Shown: positions 1 through 10,753 of the stretch, in pieces
How the letters are laid out: each line of letters starts with the position of its first letter
Position numbering within the stretch: the stretch's first letter is position 1
Origin: Burkholderiales bacterium
Lineage (GTDB): Bacteria; Pseudomonadota; Gammaproteobacteria; Burkholderiales; SG8-39
Length of the DNA stretch: 64,000 nucleotides
Assembly (NCBI GenBank): GCA_035499575.1
Contig: DATJYN010000115.1
Span: forward strand, 16,221-80,220
Direction: 5' to 3'
Position numbers and translations under genes: made by a program
Notes under the pieces: model-generated
Database searches by the model: none
The model's input: only the letters and a program-made list of their open reading frames with translations
Told to the model about the DNA's origin: nothing

Positions 1-257
<257 letters not shown>

Positions 258-295
258 ATAGGGGGAGCGGGTAAATCCCGCTTAGAGCCGGGGCG

Positions 296-1225
296 ATGGA
301 ACACACACCCCCTCCATTTTTCAATCGCGGCCCTGCGCCGCTCGTACGACTCGCCTTCTTCGCTTCCCTGTCGTTCGCGCTGCTGGTGCTGGACGCGCGC
401 TTCCACTACACCGAAGGCCTGCGCAGCGTGCTGGCCATGGCGGTCTACCCGCTGCAGACCCTGGCCACCCTGCCCGCGGCGCTCGGCGAGCGCATTTCCG
501 AATACTTCGCCAGCCAGGCCCAGCTGCGCGAAGAGAACGCCGAGCTGCGCGCCAAGATCCTCAGCACCTCGCAGGCCGCGCAGCGCTTCGAGGCGGCGCA
601 GGCCGAAGTCAGCCAGCTACGGCGGCTGATCGGCGCCTCCGAACGCCTGCCGGTCAAGTCGGTGCCAGCCGAAATCCTCTATAACGGCCGCGACCCCTAC
701 TCGAGGAAAGTCGTGATCGACAAGGGCAGCCAGAACGGCGTGCGCGCCGGCTCGCCGGTGGTGGACGAAGCCGGCGTGATCGGCCAGGTGACGCGCGCGT
801 ATGCGCTCGTCGCCGAAGTCACCCTGCTGACCGACAAAGACCAGGCGATCCCGGTGCAGGTGGTGCGCAACGGCCTGCGCGCGGTCGCCTTTGGCGCAGG
901 TTCGAGCGGCATGCAGGAACTGCGCTTCATGGCGTCCAACGCCGAGATCCAGAACGGCGACAAGCTGGTCACCTCCGGCATCGACGGCACCTATCCGCCC
1001 GGCCTCCCGGTCGCCACGGTCGCGCGCATCGAGCGCGACGCCGCTTACGCCTTCGCGCGCATCGTCTGCCAGCCTGCGGCCGGCGTCGAGCGCGGCCGCT
1101 ACGTGCTGGTGATCGAGAACGAGGCGCGCGAGGCGCAGCCACCGGAGGAAACCGGCGCTGCCATCGACAAGCGCCCGGGCAAGGTGCGCAAGCCGCGCCG
1201 CAAGGACGGCGAAGGATCGCCGTGA
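296..1225 (+). CDS. mreC: Rod shape-determining protein MreC
   Basis: 309-aa ORF with an N-terminal TM segment, a coiled-coil (LREENAELRAKIL) and the MreC beta-domain (VIDKGSQNGV, VTSGIDGTYPPGLPVA). Position is between mreB and mreD. Confidence 0.94.
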   Translation: MEHTPPPFFNRGPAPLVRLAFFASLSFALLVLDARFHYTEGLRSVLAMAVYPLQTLATLPAALGERISEYFASQAQLREENAELRAKILSTSQAAQRFEAAQAEVSQLRRLIGASERLPVKSVPAEILYNGRDPYSRKVVIDKGSQNGVRAGSPVVDEAGVIGQVTRAYALVAEVTLLTDKDQAIPVQVVRNGLRAVAFGAGSSGMQELRFMASNAEIQNGDKLVTSGIDGTYPPGLPVATVARIERDAAYAFARIVCQPAAGVERGRYVLVIENEAREAQPPEETGAAIDKRPGKVRKPRRKDGEGSP

Positions 1226-1234
1226 AGGACGCCG

Positions 1235-1759
1235 ATGCAAATTAGCGACACCACCTCGCAGCGCATCCTGCTGCCGGTGCGCGCCAGCACCATCCTCGGC
1301 TCGTTCGCGCTCGCTCTGCTCGCCAATTTCCTGCCCTGGCGCGACGTCGCGCTCGCGCCGGACTTCGTCGCGCTGGTGCTGGTGTTCTGGTGCGTGCGGC
1401 AGCCGCGCCTGGTAGGCCTCGGCGCGGGTTGGCTGCTCGGCCTGCTGATCGACGTCGGCAACGGCGTACTGCTGGGCCAGCATGCCCTCGTCTACTCGAT
1501 GCTGGCATTCGCCTCGATCACGCTGTCGCGCCGCATCCTGTGGTTCCCGCTCTGGAGCCAGGCCATGCACGTCGCGGCGCTGCTGCTGTTCGCGCAGGGC
1601 GTGGCCGCCTTGGTGCGCCTGGCCGCAGGCGCCGAGTTCCCCGGCTGGAGCATCGCGGCGGGCCCGCTGATCGGCGCGCTGCTGTGGCCGGTCATCACCA
1701 CGTTGCTGCTGATGCCGCAGCGGCGGCCCGTCGAAGTCGACGAAACGCGCGCGATATGA
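1235..1759 (+). CDS. mreD: Rod shape-determining protein MreD
   Basis: 174-aa polytopic hydrophobic ORF directly after mreC and before mrdA. Size and synteny are typical of MreD. Confidence 0.85.
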   Translation: MQISDTTSQRILLPVRASTILGSFALALLANFLPWRDVALAPDFVALVLVFWCVRQPRLVGLGAGWLLGLLIDVGNGVLLGQHALVYSMLAFASITLSRRILWFPLWSQAMHVAALLLFAQGVAALVRLAAGAEFPGWSIAAGPLIGALLWPVITTLLLMPQRRPVEVDETRAI

Positions 1760-1769
1760 GTCTGCGGCC

Positions 1770-3686
1770 GTGAAGCCGGAGGAACTCAAAAACCACGAGA
1801 AGGAGCTGTATTTCTTCCAGCTGCGCGTCGGCTTCGCAGGGGTCGCGGTGCTGGTGGCCTTCGCGCTGCTGTTCGCGCGGTTCTTCCAGCTGCAGGTGGT
1901 GCAGCACGACACCTACGCCGCGAAGGCCGAGGACAACCGCATCTCGATCGTGCCGATCGCACCCAACCGCGGCCTGATCCTCGACCGCAACGGCGTCGTG
2001 CTCGCGCGCAACTACTCGGCCTACACGCTGGAGATCTTCCCCGCCAAGGTGAAGGACGTGGAGCGCACCATCCAGGAGCTGGGCGAAGTCGTCGAGGTGC
2101 AGGCCAAGGATCGTAGCCGCTTCCGCAAGCTGTATGCGGAAACGCGCAACACCGAGAGCCTGCCGATCCGCACACGCCTGACCGACGAGGAAGTCGCGCG
2201 TTTCGCCGCCAACCGCTACCGCTTCCCCGGAGTGGAGATCAAGGCGCGCCTGTTCCGGCAGTATCCGCACGGCGACCTCGCTTCGCACGTAATCGGCTAC
2301 ATCGGCCGCATCAACCAGAAGGACCAGGAGCGGCTCGAGGAACTCGACGTCGAGGCCAACTACCGCGGCACCGATTTCATCGGCAAGGCGGGGCTGGAGG
2401 CGAGCTACCAGCAGGAGTTGCACGGCACCACCGGCATGGAGCAGGTCGAGATCGATGCCGCCGGGCGCGGCATCCGGACCCTCGCGCGCACGCCCGCGCA
2501 GGCGGGCAGCAACATCACGCTGACCCTGGACATCAAGCTGCAGGAGGTTGCCGAGGCCGCATTCGGCGATCGCCGCGGCGCGCTGGTGGCGATCGAACCG
2601 TCCACGGGCGGCGTACTCGCCTTCGTTTCCAAGCCCGGCTTCGACCCGAACCTGTTCGTCGACGGCATCGATCCGCAGAGCTGGGCGGAGCTGAACAACT
2701 CGCCCGACCGGCCGCTCAACAACCGCGCCATCGCCGGCGTCTACCCGCCGGGCTCGACCTTCAAGCCCTACATGGCGCTGGCCGCACTGGAATCCGGCAA
2801 GCGCACGTTCAAGAGCGCGATCAACGATCCGGGCTATTTCGAGTTCGGCGGCCGGCGCTTCCGCGACTCCAAGCCGGGCGGCAACGGCTACGTCGACATG
2901 TACAAATCCATCGTCGTTTCCTCGGACACCTTCTACTACCAAGTGGCCAACGACCTGGGCATCGACGCCATCGCCAGCTTCATGGCCAAGTTCGGCTTCG
3001 GCGCGAAGAGCGGCATCGACCTCGAGGGCGAGGCGGTCGGTGTGCTGCCTTCGCCGGAGTGGAAGCAAAAGCGCTTCCATCGCCCCGAGCAGCAGAAGTG
3101 GTACGCGGGGGAGACCATTTCCATCGGCATCGGCCAGGGCTACAACGCCTACACGCCGATCCAGCTGGCGGTCGCGCTGGCAACGCTCGCCGCCAACGGC
3201 GACATGTACCGCCCGCACCTGGTTTCTCACATCGACAACCTGCGCACCGGCGAGCGGCGCAGCATCGAGCCCGTGCTGCTGCGGCACGTCCAGCTGAAAG
3301 CCGAGAACCTCGATTTCGTGAAGCGCGCGATGGCCAGCGTCAACAAGGAAGGCACCGGCGCGCGCGCCTTCGCCAGCGCCCTGTATACCAACGGCGGCAA
3401 GACCGGCACCGCGCAGGTGATCGGCATGAAGCAGAACGAGAAATACGACGAGAAGAAAGTCGCCGAACGCCACCGCGACCACTCGCTGTTCATCGTTTTT
3501 GCGCCGTTGGAGAGCCCGAAGATCGCCTTGATGGTGATCGTCGAGAACGGCGGCTTCGGTGCGCGCACCGCCGCGCCGATCGCACGCGTGGTGCTCGACT
3601 ACTACCTGCTCGGCAAGATGCCCGAAGGCGACCAGCCGGGCGCGCCGAAGCCGGCTGTAGACGAGGAAACCGAGGAAAACGACTGA
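1770..3686 (+). CDS. mrdA: Penicillin-binding protein 2 (elongasome transpeptidase)
   Basis: 638 aa, GTG start. Class B PBP motifs are present: SxxK (GSTFKP), SxN-like (VSSDTF) and KTG (KTGTA). Synteny with rodA. Confidence 0.95.
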   Translation: MKPEELKNHEKELYFFQLRVGFAGVAVLVAFALLFARFFQLQVVQHDTYAAKAEDNRISIVPIAPNRGLILDRNGVVLARNYSAYTLEIFPAKVKDVERTIQELGEVVEVQAKDRSRFRKLYAETRNTESLPIRTRLTDEEVARFAANRYRFPGVEIKARLFRQYPHGDLASHVIGYIGRINQKDQERLEELDVEANYRGTDFIGKAGLEASYQQELHGTTGMEQVEIDAAGRGIRTLARTPAQAGSNITLTLDIKLQEVAEAAFGDRRGALVAIEPSTGGVLAFVSKPGFDPNLFVDGIDPQSWAELNNSPDRPLNNRAIAGVYPPGSTFKPYMALAALESGKRTFKSAINDPGYFEFGGRRFRDSKPGGNGYVDMYKSIVVSSDTFYYQVANDLGIDAIASFMAKFGFGAKSGIDLEGEAVGVLPSPEWKQKRFHRPEQQKWYAGETISIGIGQGYNAYTPIQLAVALATLAANGDMYRPHLVSHIDNLRTGERRSIEPVLLRHVQLKAENLDFVKRAMASVNKEGTGARAFASALYTNGGKTGTAQVIGMKQNEKYDEKKVAERHRDHSLFIVFAPLESPKIALMVIVENGGFGARTAAPIARVVLDYYLLGKMPEGDQPGAPKPAVDEETEEND

Positions 3687-4798
3687 TGGAGCTGGCCCCG
3701 TTCGCGCCGCGCCGCCTCGCCGCCCGCCTGTTCTCCGGTATCGACGGCACGCTGCTTACGCTCAGCCTGCTGCTGGTCGCGCTCGGCCTGGCTACGCTGT
3801 TCTCGGCCAGCTACGAACAGCCGGGCCGCGTCAGCGCGCAGATCGCCAACCTAGCGGTCGCGCTTGCCGCAATGTGGGTGGTGGCGCAGATCCCGCCGCA
3901 AACCCTGATGCGCTTCGCCGTTCCGGCCTATTTCATCGGCCTCATGCTGCTGGTCGCCGTCGCGCTTGCCGGCGAAGTGGTGAACGGCGCGCGCCGCTGG
4001 CTGCACGTAGGCGTCACGCGCTTCCAGCCTTCCGAGATCATGAAGCTGGCGCTGCCGATGATGCTGGCCTGGTATTTCCACAAGAACGAAACCGCGTTGC
4101 GCGTGCGCGCATTCGCGGTCGCCGGGCTGCTGCTGGTGGTGCCGGTGCTGCTGATCGCGCGGCAGCCCGACCTGGGCACCGCGGTGCTGGTTGCCGCCGT
4201 CGGTTTCTACGTGATTTTCTTTGCCGGCATCGGCTGGAAGGTCCTGGTCGGACTCGGCGTGCTCGGGCTGGGCAGCCTGTTCCCGCTCTGGGGCATGCTG
4301 CACGATTACCAGCGGCGCAGGATCCTGACGCTCATCGACCCGACACAGGACCCGCTCGGTGCGGGCTACCACACCATCCAGTCCACCATCGCGGTCGGCT
4401 CGGGCGGCCTGACCGGCAAGGGCTGGCTGCACGGCACGCAGACGCACCTGGAATTCATCCCCGAGCGGCACACCGATTTCATCTTTGCCGTGTTCTCCGA
4501 GGAATTCGGCCTGATCGGCAACGCGCTGCTGATCACGCTTTACGCGCTGCTGATCGCGCGCGGGCTGATGATCGCGGCCAATGCGCCGACCTTCTTCTCG
4601 CGCCTGCTCGCGGCCTCGGTCACGCTGATGTTCTTTACCTACGCCTTCGTCAACATGGGCATGGTGTCGGGCATCCTGCCGGTGGTGGGGGTTCCGCTGC
4701 CCTTCATTTCCTACGGCGGCACCGCGCTGCTCACGCTGTTCATCGGCATCGGCATACTCATGAGCGTGCACAGCCACCGAAGGCTGGTGCAAACCTAG
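3686..4798 (+). CDS. rodA: Peptidoglycan glycosyltransferase RodA (SEDS family)
   Basis: The ATG at 3686 overlaps the mrdA TGA (TGATG). The product starts MELAPFAPRRL... and is a polytopic FtsW/RodA/SpoVE-like sequence. The track ORF 3059-4798 is the same frame with a spurious upstream extension inside mrdA. Confidence 0.92.
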   Translation: MELAPFAPRRLAARLFSGIDGTLLTLSLLLVALGLATLFSASYEQPGRVSAQIANLAVALAAMWVVAQIPPQTLMRFAVPAYFIGLMLLVAVALAGEVVNGARRWLHVGVTRFQPSEIMKLALPMMLAWYFHKNETALRVRAFAVAGLLLVVPVLLIARQPDLGTAVLVAAVGFYVIFFAGIGWKVLVGLGVLGLGSLFPLWGMLHDYQRRRILTLIDPTQDPLGAGYHTIQSTIAVGSGGLTGKGWLHGTQTHLEFIPERHTDFIFAVFSEEFGLIGNALLITLYALLIARGLMIAANAPTFFSRLLAASVTLMFFTYAFVNMGMVSGILPVVGVPLPFISYGGTALLTLFIGIGILMSVHSHRRLVQT

Positions 4799-4986
4799 GG
4801 GTTTTGCGGGGCAACAAGAAATTGAAATCAAGCTCCGTATTATGAAATTGGAGCCGCCTAACCTCCTGTAAATCCTTGTTTTAGTGCCATTTCATGATGT
4901 GGATTTGTAATATTGCTCCGCCGCAATCCGACCGGTAATGTGCTGAAGATTCAGACCCTTGCCATTCGCACCTTTCCCTAGGAGAA
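4799..4986 (+). promoter_or_regulatory. AT-rich aceA upstream region with an inverted ATGAAAT repeat (candidate promoter/operator)
   Basis: This is the most AT-rich intergenic stretch in the window. ATGAAAT (4842-4848) and its complement ATTTCAT (4889-4895) form inverted arms. A TAATAT hexamer lies at 4908-4913. The SD AGGAGA sits just before the ATG at 4987. No confident -35 element was found. Confidence 0.4.
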
Positions 4987-6330
<1,344 letters not shown>

Positions 6331-6341
6331 TTCGCGGGCCA

Positions 6342-6369
6342 GCCGGCGCCGGGCGCTTCCGGCGCCGGC
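6342..6369. terminator. Perfect 11-bp GC hairpin between convergent aceA and yggT (candidate bidirectional terminator)
   Basis: GCCGGCGCCGG (6342-6352), loop GCGCTT, CCGGCGCCGGC (6359-6369). It lies between the aceA stop (6330) and the yggT stop (6378). There is no clear U-tract on either side. Confidence 0.5.
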
Positions 6370-6377
6370 GGAGCCCT

Positions 6378-6950
6378 CTAGAACAAGCCTCTCGCCAGCC
6401 CCTGCACGTAAGCCAGGGGGATCAGCAGCACCTGCAGCAGGACGATCAGCACCAGCGGCGAAAGGTCGACGTTGGCGAGCGGTGGCACCACGCGCCGGAT
6501 CGGCCGCAGGAACGGCCGGGTCAGCGCGTCGAACAGCGGCGCCACCGGCGAATGGGGATTGGTCCAGGAAAGCACCGCCTGCACGATCAGCGCGAAGACG
6601 AGGATGTAGATGACGTCCCGCGCAAGGTCGAGGAGCGAAAGCCCCGCCAGGATCGCCGCAGCGATGTCCGGCGACGAACCGAAGCTCAGGCCGACGATCG
6701 CATAGAGCGCCCATAGCCCGAGCGCCTGCAGCAGCCAAGCCAACAGGAACGATGCTGTGTCGAATCCGAGCAACGCCGGAACGACGCGGCGCGCCGGCAT
6801 CACCATCCAGTTGGTCGCGGCGATGATGAATTCGCCCAGCACGTTGCGGAACGGCACGCGCAGCCGCTGGAAGAGAAAGCGCGCGAGCAGCAGGAAGACG
6901 AAGAAGTCGACCAGCACCCTCACCAGTAAACTCGCGATGTCCCGCAGCAC
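6378..6950 (-). CDS. yggT: YggT family membrane protein
   Basis: 190-aa hydrophobic ORF downstream of proC and yggS, the conserved yggS-proC-yggT arrangement. Confidence 0.82.
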   Translation of the reverse strand: MLRDIASLLVRVLVDFFVFLLLARFLFQRLRVPFRNVLGEFIIAATNWMVMPARRVVPALLGFDTASFLLAWLLQALGLWALYAIVGLSFGSSPDIAAAILAGLSLLDLARDVIYILVFALIVQAVLSWTNPHSPVAPLFDALTRPFLRPIRRVVPPLANVDLSPLVLIVLLQVLLIPLAYVQGLARGLF

Positions 6951-6960
6951 GGGGCCCCGC

Positions 6961-7797
6961 CTAGTCTTTCGCCAGCTGGCGGCCCAGCTCTGCGCCGCGA
7001 TCGCGCGCCGCCTCGATCGCGCGCAATAGGCGCTCGGCCAGCTTCTGCTCTTCGAAAGCCTTGAGCGCCGCTTCCGTGGTACCGCCCTTCGACGTCACGC
7101 GCTCGCGCAGCGTCGCGGGCGAGTCGGCGCTCTGCGCGGCGAGCGTCGCCGCGCCCAGCACCGTTTCCAGAGCGAGCTTGCGTGCGGTCTCCGGCGCCAG
7201 GCCGAGCGACTCGCCGGAGCGCGCGAGCTGCTCGATGAACCAGAACACGTAAGCCGGGCCGCTGCCGGACACCGCCGTGACGGCGTCCATGAGCGCTTCG
7301 TCCTCGATCCACACCGTGCCGCCCACCGCGCCGAGGATCGCCTCCGCTTGCTTGCGTTCGGCCTCGCTCACGCCGGGAAGCGCGTACAGGCCGGCAACGC
7401 CTGCGCCGATCAGCGCAGGGGTATTCGGCATGGCGCGCACCAGCTTCGTATGGGACATGTTCGGGCCGCCCAGCCAGCCAGCCAGGCTCGCAAGCGTGAC
7501 GCCCGCGGCAATGCTCACCACCAGATTGGCGTTTGGCTTCAGTCCGGAGAAACGGGCGGCTTCCTGCATCTGCTGCGGCTTGACGGCGAACACCACGACT
7601 TCGCCGGCGCGGATCATGCCGCGCGATTCGGCGATGCACTCGATGTGGTATTTCTCGAACAGGCGGCGGCGCGCAGCGCCGTCCACCTCGATGGCGCGCA
7701 GCTGGCCCGGCGAAAAGCCGCTCTTCAACATGCCGCCGATCAGCGCGTCGGCCATGTTGCCGCCGCCGACAAACACCACATTCATCGCGATGTTCAT
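6961..7797 (-). CDS. proC: Pyrroline-5-carboxylate reductase
   Basis: 278 aa with an N-terminal Rossmann motif (VVFVGGGNMADAL) and the C-terminal P5CR signature (TSKGGTTEAAL). ATGA overlap with the yggS stop. Confidence 0.95.
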   Translation of the reverse strand: MNIAMNVVFVGGGNMADALIGGMLKSGFSPGQLRAIEVDGAARRRLFEKYHIECIAESRGMIRAGEVVVFAVKPQQMQEAARFSGLKPNANLVVSIAAGVTLASLAGWLGGPNMSHTKLVRAMPNTPALIGAGVAGLYALPGVSEAERKQAEAILGAVGGTVWIEDEALMDAVTAVSGSGPAYVFWFIEQLARSGESLGLAPETARKLALETVLGAATLAAQSADSPATLRERVTSKGGTTEAALKAFEEQKLAERLLRAIEAARDRGAELGRQLAKD

Positions 7798-8480
7798 GCG
7801 GCCGGCCTGATTTTCTCCCGCGCGCCGAAAATCGCGGTGCCGATGCGCACCATCGTCGCGCCCTCGGCGATGGCGAGTTCCAGGTCGTCCGACATTCCGA
7901 GCGATAGCGTGTCGAAGCCGAATTTGTCTTTCAACCCCCGGTACAAGCCAGTCAACTCCCGGTAGCGATCGGCATGCGCGCCCGGCTCGGGAATAGCCAT
8001 CAGGCCGCGCAACCGCAGGCGCGGCAGGGCCGAGACCGCAGCGGCAAGCGCCGCCACGCCGCCGGGCGCGACGCCGTTTTTGCTCGCTTCGCCGGAAACA
8101 TTCACCTGGATCAGCACGTTGAGCGGCGCCCTGCCCTCAGGGCGCTGCTCGGAAAGCCGGCGCGCGATCTTTTCGTTCTCGACGGTGTGCACCCAATCGA
8201 AGCGTTCCGCGACCGGGCGCGTCTTGTTGCTCTGCAGGGGCCCAACCATGTGCCATTCCGCGGCGGCGCCCGGCAGGGCTTCCATCTTTTCGAGCGCTTC
8301 CTGGACGTAGTTTTCGCCAAAGCAGCGCTGCCCAGAGGCAAGCGCCTGCTCCAGCAGGGCAGCGGGATGGGTCTTGGAAACCGCCAAAAGCGTCACGCTG
8401 CGGGGGTCGCGGCCGGCCGCCTGCGCCGCGCGGTTTATGCGCTGACGCACGGCTTGCAAGTTGTCATCGATTGACCGCAT
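7794..8480 (-). CDS. yggS: YggS family pyridoxal-phosphate homeostasis protein
   Basis: Start chosen at the internal Met (MRSIDDNLQAVRQRI...; CAT at 8478-8480). PLP-lysine context LLAVSKT, 228 aa. The upstream 60 codons of the track ORF would run into pilT. Confidence 0.9.
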   Translation of the reverse strand: MRSIDDNLQAVRQRINRAAQAAGRDPRSVTLLAVSKTHPAALLEQALASGQRCFGENYVQEALEKMEALPGAAAEWHMVGPLQSNKTRPVAERFDWVHTVENEKIARRLSEQRPEGRAPLNVLIQVNVSGEASKNGVAPGGVAALAAAVSALPRLRLRGLMAIPEPGAHADRYRELTGLYRGLKDKFGFDTLSLGMSDDLELAIAEGATMVRIGTAIFGAREKIRPAA

Positions 8481-8511
8481 ACTTTGTCCGTTCGTTTCCC
8501 GGGGAATTGTA

Positions 8512-9555
8512 ATGGATCTCACTGAATTGCTTGCCTTTGTCGTGAAGAACAAGGCCTCCGACCTGCACCTGTCTTCGGGCCTGCCGCCGATGATCCGCGT
8601 GCACGGCGACATCAAACGCATCAACCTGCCGGCCATGGAGCACAAGGACGTGCACGGCATGCTCTACGACATCATGAACGACGGCCAGCGCAAGTTCTAC
8701 GAAGAAAACCTGGAGTGCGACTTCTCTTTCGCGGTACCGAACCTCGCGCGCTTCCGCGTCAACGCTTTCGTGCAGAACCGCGGCGCCGCCGCCGTTCTGC
8801 GGACCATCCCGTCGAAGATCCTGTCGCTCGCCGACCTGAAGTGCCCGAAGATCTTCCAGGAGCTCGCCGACCAGCCGCGCGGCGTGGTACTGGTCACCGG
8901 GCCGACCGGCTCGGGAAAATCCACCACGCTCGCGGCGATGGTGAACCACAAGAACGAGAACGAGGAAGGCCACATCCTCACCATCGAAGACCCGATCGAA
9001 TTCGTGCACGAGTCGAAGAAGTGCCTGATCAACCAGCGCGAAGTAGGGCCGCACACGCTGTCGTTCTCCAACGCCCTGAGAAGCGCTCTGCGGGAAGACC
9101 CGGACGTGATCCTCGTCGGCGAAATGCGCGACCTGGAAACGATCCGGCTCGCGCTCTCCGGCGCCGAAACGGGCCACCTGGTGTTCGGCACGCTGCACAC
9201 CTCGTCCGCCGCCAAGACCATCGACCGGGTCGTCGACGTGTTCCCGGCGGCAGAGAAGGACATGATCCGCGCGATGATTTCGGAGTCGATCCGGGCGATC
9301 ATCTCGCAGACGCTGCTCAAGACCAAGGACGGCTCCGGTCGCGTCGCCGCGCATGAAATCATGATCGGCACACCGGCGATCCGCAACCTGATCCGGGAAA
9401 ACAAGATCGCGCAGATGTACTCCTCGATCCAGACCGGCGGCCAGATGGGCATGCAGACGCTCGACCAGAACCTGCACGACCTCGTGAAGCGCAACATCAT
9501 CGCGATGGCCGAGGCGCGCGGCAAGGCCGCCAACAAAGACAACTTCGCGGGGTAA
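8512..9555 (+). CDS. pilT: Type IV pilus retraction ATPase PilT
   Basis: Start at MDLTELLAF (ATG 8512). Walker A GPTGSGKST and the PilT motif AIRNLIRE are present. 347 aa. Confidence 0.93.
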   Translation: MDLTELLAFVVKNKASDLHLSSGLPPMIRVHGDIKRINLPAMEHKDVHGMLYDIMNDGQRKFYEENLECDFSFAVPNLARFRVNAFVQNRGAAAVLRTIPSKILSLADLKCPKIFQELADQPRGVVLVTGPTGSGKSTTLAAMVNHKNENEEGHILTIEDPIEFVHESKKCLINQREVGPHTLSFSNALRSALREDPDVILVGEMRDLETIRLALSGAETGHLVFGTLHTSSAAKTIDRVVDVFPAAEKDMIRAMISESIRAIISQTLLKTKDGSGRVAAHEIMIGTPAIRNLIRENKIAQMYSSIQTGGQMGMQTLDQNLHDLVKRNIIAMAEARGKAANKDNFAG

Positions 9556-9560
9556 CGGCA

Positions 9561-10697
9561 ATGGAAAGAGAACAGGCAACCAAGTTCATCTACGACCTGC
9601 TGCGCGCCCTGCTCGCGAAGAAGGGCTCGGACCTCTTCATCACCGCGGGCTTCCCGCCGGCGATGAAGATCGACAGCAAGATGACGCCGGTCTCGCAGAC
9701 TGCGCTCACCAACCAGCACACCGCGATGCTGGTGCGCTCGATCATGAACGACAAGCAGGCGGCCGAGTTCGAATCCACCAAGGAATGCAATTTCGCCATC
9801 GCGCCGGCCGGCATCGGCCGCTTCCGCGTCAACTGCTTCGTGCAGCAGGGCAACGTCGGCGCCGTGTTGCGGGTGATCACCACCTCGATCCCGAACTTCG
9901 ACGACCTGAAGCTGCCGTCCGTCCTGAAAGACGTGGCGATGACCAAGCGGGGCCTCGTTCTGTTCGTCGGCGGCACCGGCTCGGGCAAATCAACCTCGCT
10001 CGCGGCGATGATCGGCTACCGCAACGAGAATTCGCACGGCCACATCATCACCATCGAGGACCCGGTCGAGTACGTGCACCCGCATAAGAACTGCATGATC
10101 ACGCAGCGCGAGGTCGGCGTGGACACCGACTCCTGGGAATCGGCGCTGAAGAACACGCTGCGCCAGGCGCCCGACGTGATCCTGATCGGCGAGATTCGCG
10201 ACATGGAGGTGATGGAGCACGCGGTGGCGTTCGCCGAAACCGGCCACCTCGCGCTCGGCACGCTGCACGCCAACAACTCCAACCAGGCGATGGACCGGAT
10301 CATCAACTTCTTCCCGGAAGCGCGCCGCCACCAGTTGCTGATGGACCTGTCGCTGAACCTGAAGGCCGTGATCTCGCAGCGCCTGATCCCTCTCAAGGAA
10401 GGCAAGGGCCGCGCCGCCGCGATCGAGGTGCTGCTCAATTCGCCGCTGATCTCGGACTTGATCTTCAAGGGCGAGATCCATGGCATCAAGGAAATCATGA
10501 AGAAGTCGCGCGAACTGGGCATGCAGACCTTCGACCAGGCCCTGTTCGACCTCTTCGAGGCCGGCCGCATCAGCTACGAAGACGCGCTGCGCTTCGCCGA
10601 TTCGACCAACGAAGTGCGCCTCAACATCAAGCTGCACGGCAAGGACTCGAAGGAAAAAGACCTTACCAAGGGCATCGAGCACCTCGACATCGTCTGA
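9561..10697 (+). CDS. pilU: PilT-family ATPase PilU
   Basis: 378 aa with Walker A GGTGSGKST. It is a PilT paralogue located 5 nt after pilT, the classical pilT-pilU pair. Confidence 0.9.
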   Translation: MEREQATKFIYDLLRALLAKKGSDLFITAGFPPAMKIDSKMTPVSQTALTNQHTAMLVRSIMNDKQAAEFESTKECNFAIAPAGIGRFRVNCFVQQGNVGAVLRVITTSIPNFDDLKLPSVLKDVAMTKRGLVLFVGGTGSGKSTSLAAMIGYRNENSHGHIITIEDPVEYVHPHKNCMITQREVGVDTDSWESALKNTLRQAPDVILIGEIRDMEVMEHAVAFAETGHLALGTLHANNSNQAMDRIINFFPEARRHQLLMDLSLNLKAVISQRLIPLKEGKGRAAAIEVLLNSPLISDLIFKGEIHGIKEIMKKSRELGMQTFDQALFDLFEAGRISYEDALRFADSTNEVRLNIKLHGKDSKEKDLTKGIEHLDIV

Positions 10698-10723
10698 GCT
10701 TGATCGCCCGTGAACGATAACCA

Positions 10724-10752
10724 GGGGCGCTCCGGCGCCCCTTTCTGTTTCT
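10724..10752 (+). terminator. Rho-independent terminator after pilU
   Basis: GGGGCGC (10724-10730), loop TCCG, GCGCCCC (10735-10741), then the T-rich tail TTTCTGTTTCT. Confidence 0.8.
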
Positions 10753-10753
10753 G

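Noticed and set aside
266-282. Small hairpin AGCGGG-TAAAT-CCCGCT between mreB and mreC
   Set aside because: The stem is only 6 bp with no U-tract. It may modulate the mreB:mreC ratio but is too weak to call.
617-3482. Long minus-strand ORFs (617-1912, 431 aa; 1695-3482, 595 aa) antisense to mreC, mreD and mrdA
   Set aside because: The products are Arg/Ala/Gly/His-rich low-complexity sequences with no motifs. They lie opposite genes with unmistakable family signatures. This is the typical stop-codon-poor antisense-frame artefact of a high-GC genome.
3059-3685. N-terminal extensions of true genes in the ORF track, here the rodA frame. The same pattern occurs at 42005-42316 (thiE), 57618-58328 (zinc-ribbon gene), 58867-59127 (pfkB-like), 35393-35665 (pyrC'), 52023-52313 (RNB), 13457-13642 (methyltransferase) and 37869-37961 (HK).
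   Set aside because: The extensions overlap the upstream gene in another frame and are Arg/Pro/Ala-rich. In each case an internal start with family-typical N-terminal sequence (often an ATGA/GTGA overlap or an SD) is available.
8512-10697. pilT-pilU as part of a novel secretion or defence system
   Set aside because: This is the canonical retraction ATPase pair in its usual context next to yggS-proC-yggT. No other pilus, secretion or defence genes are nearby.
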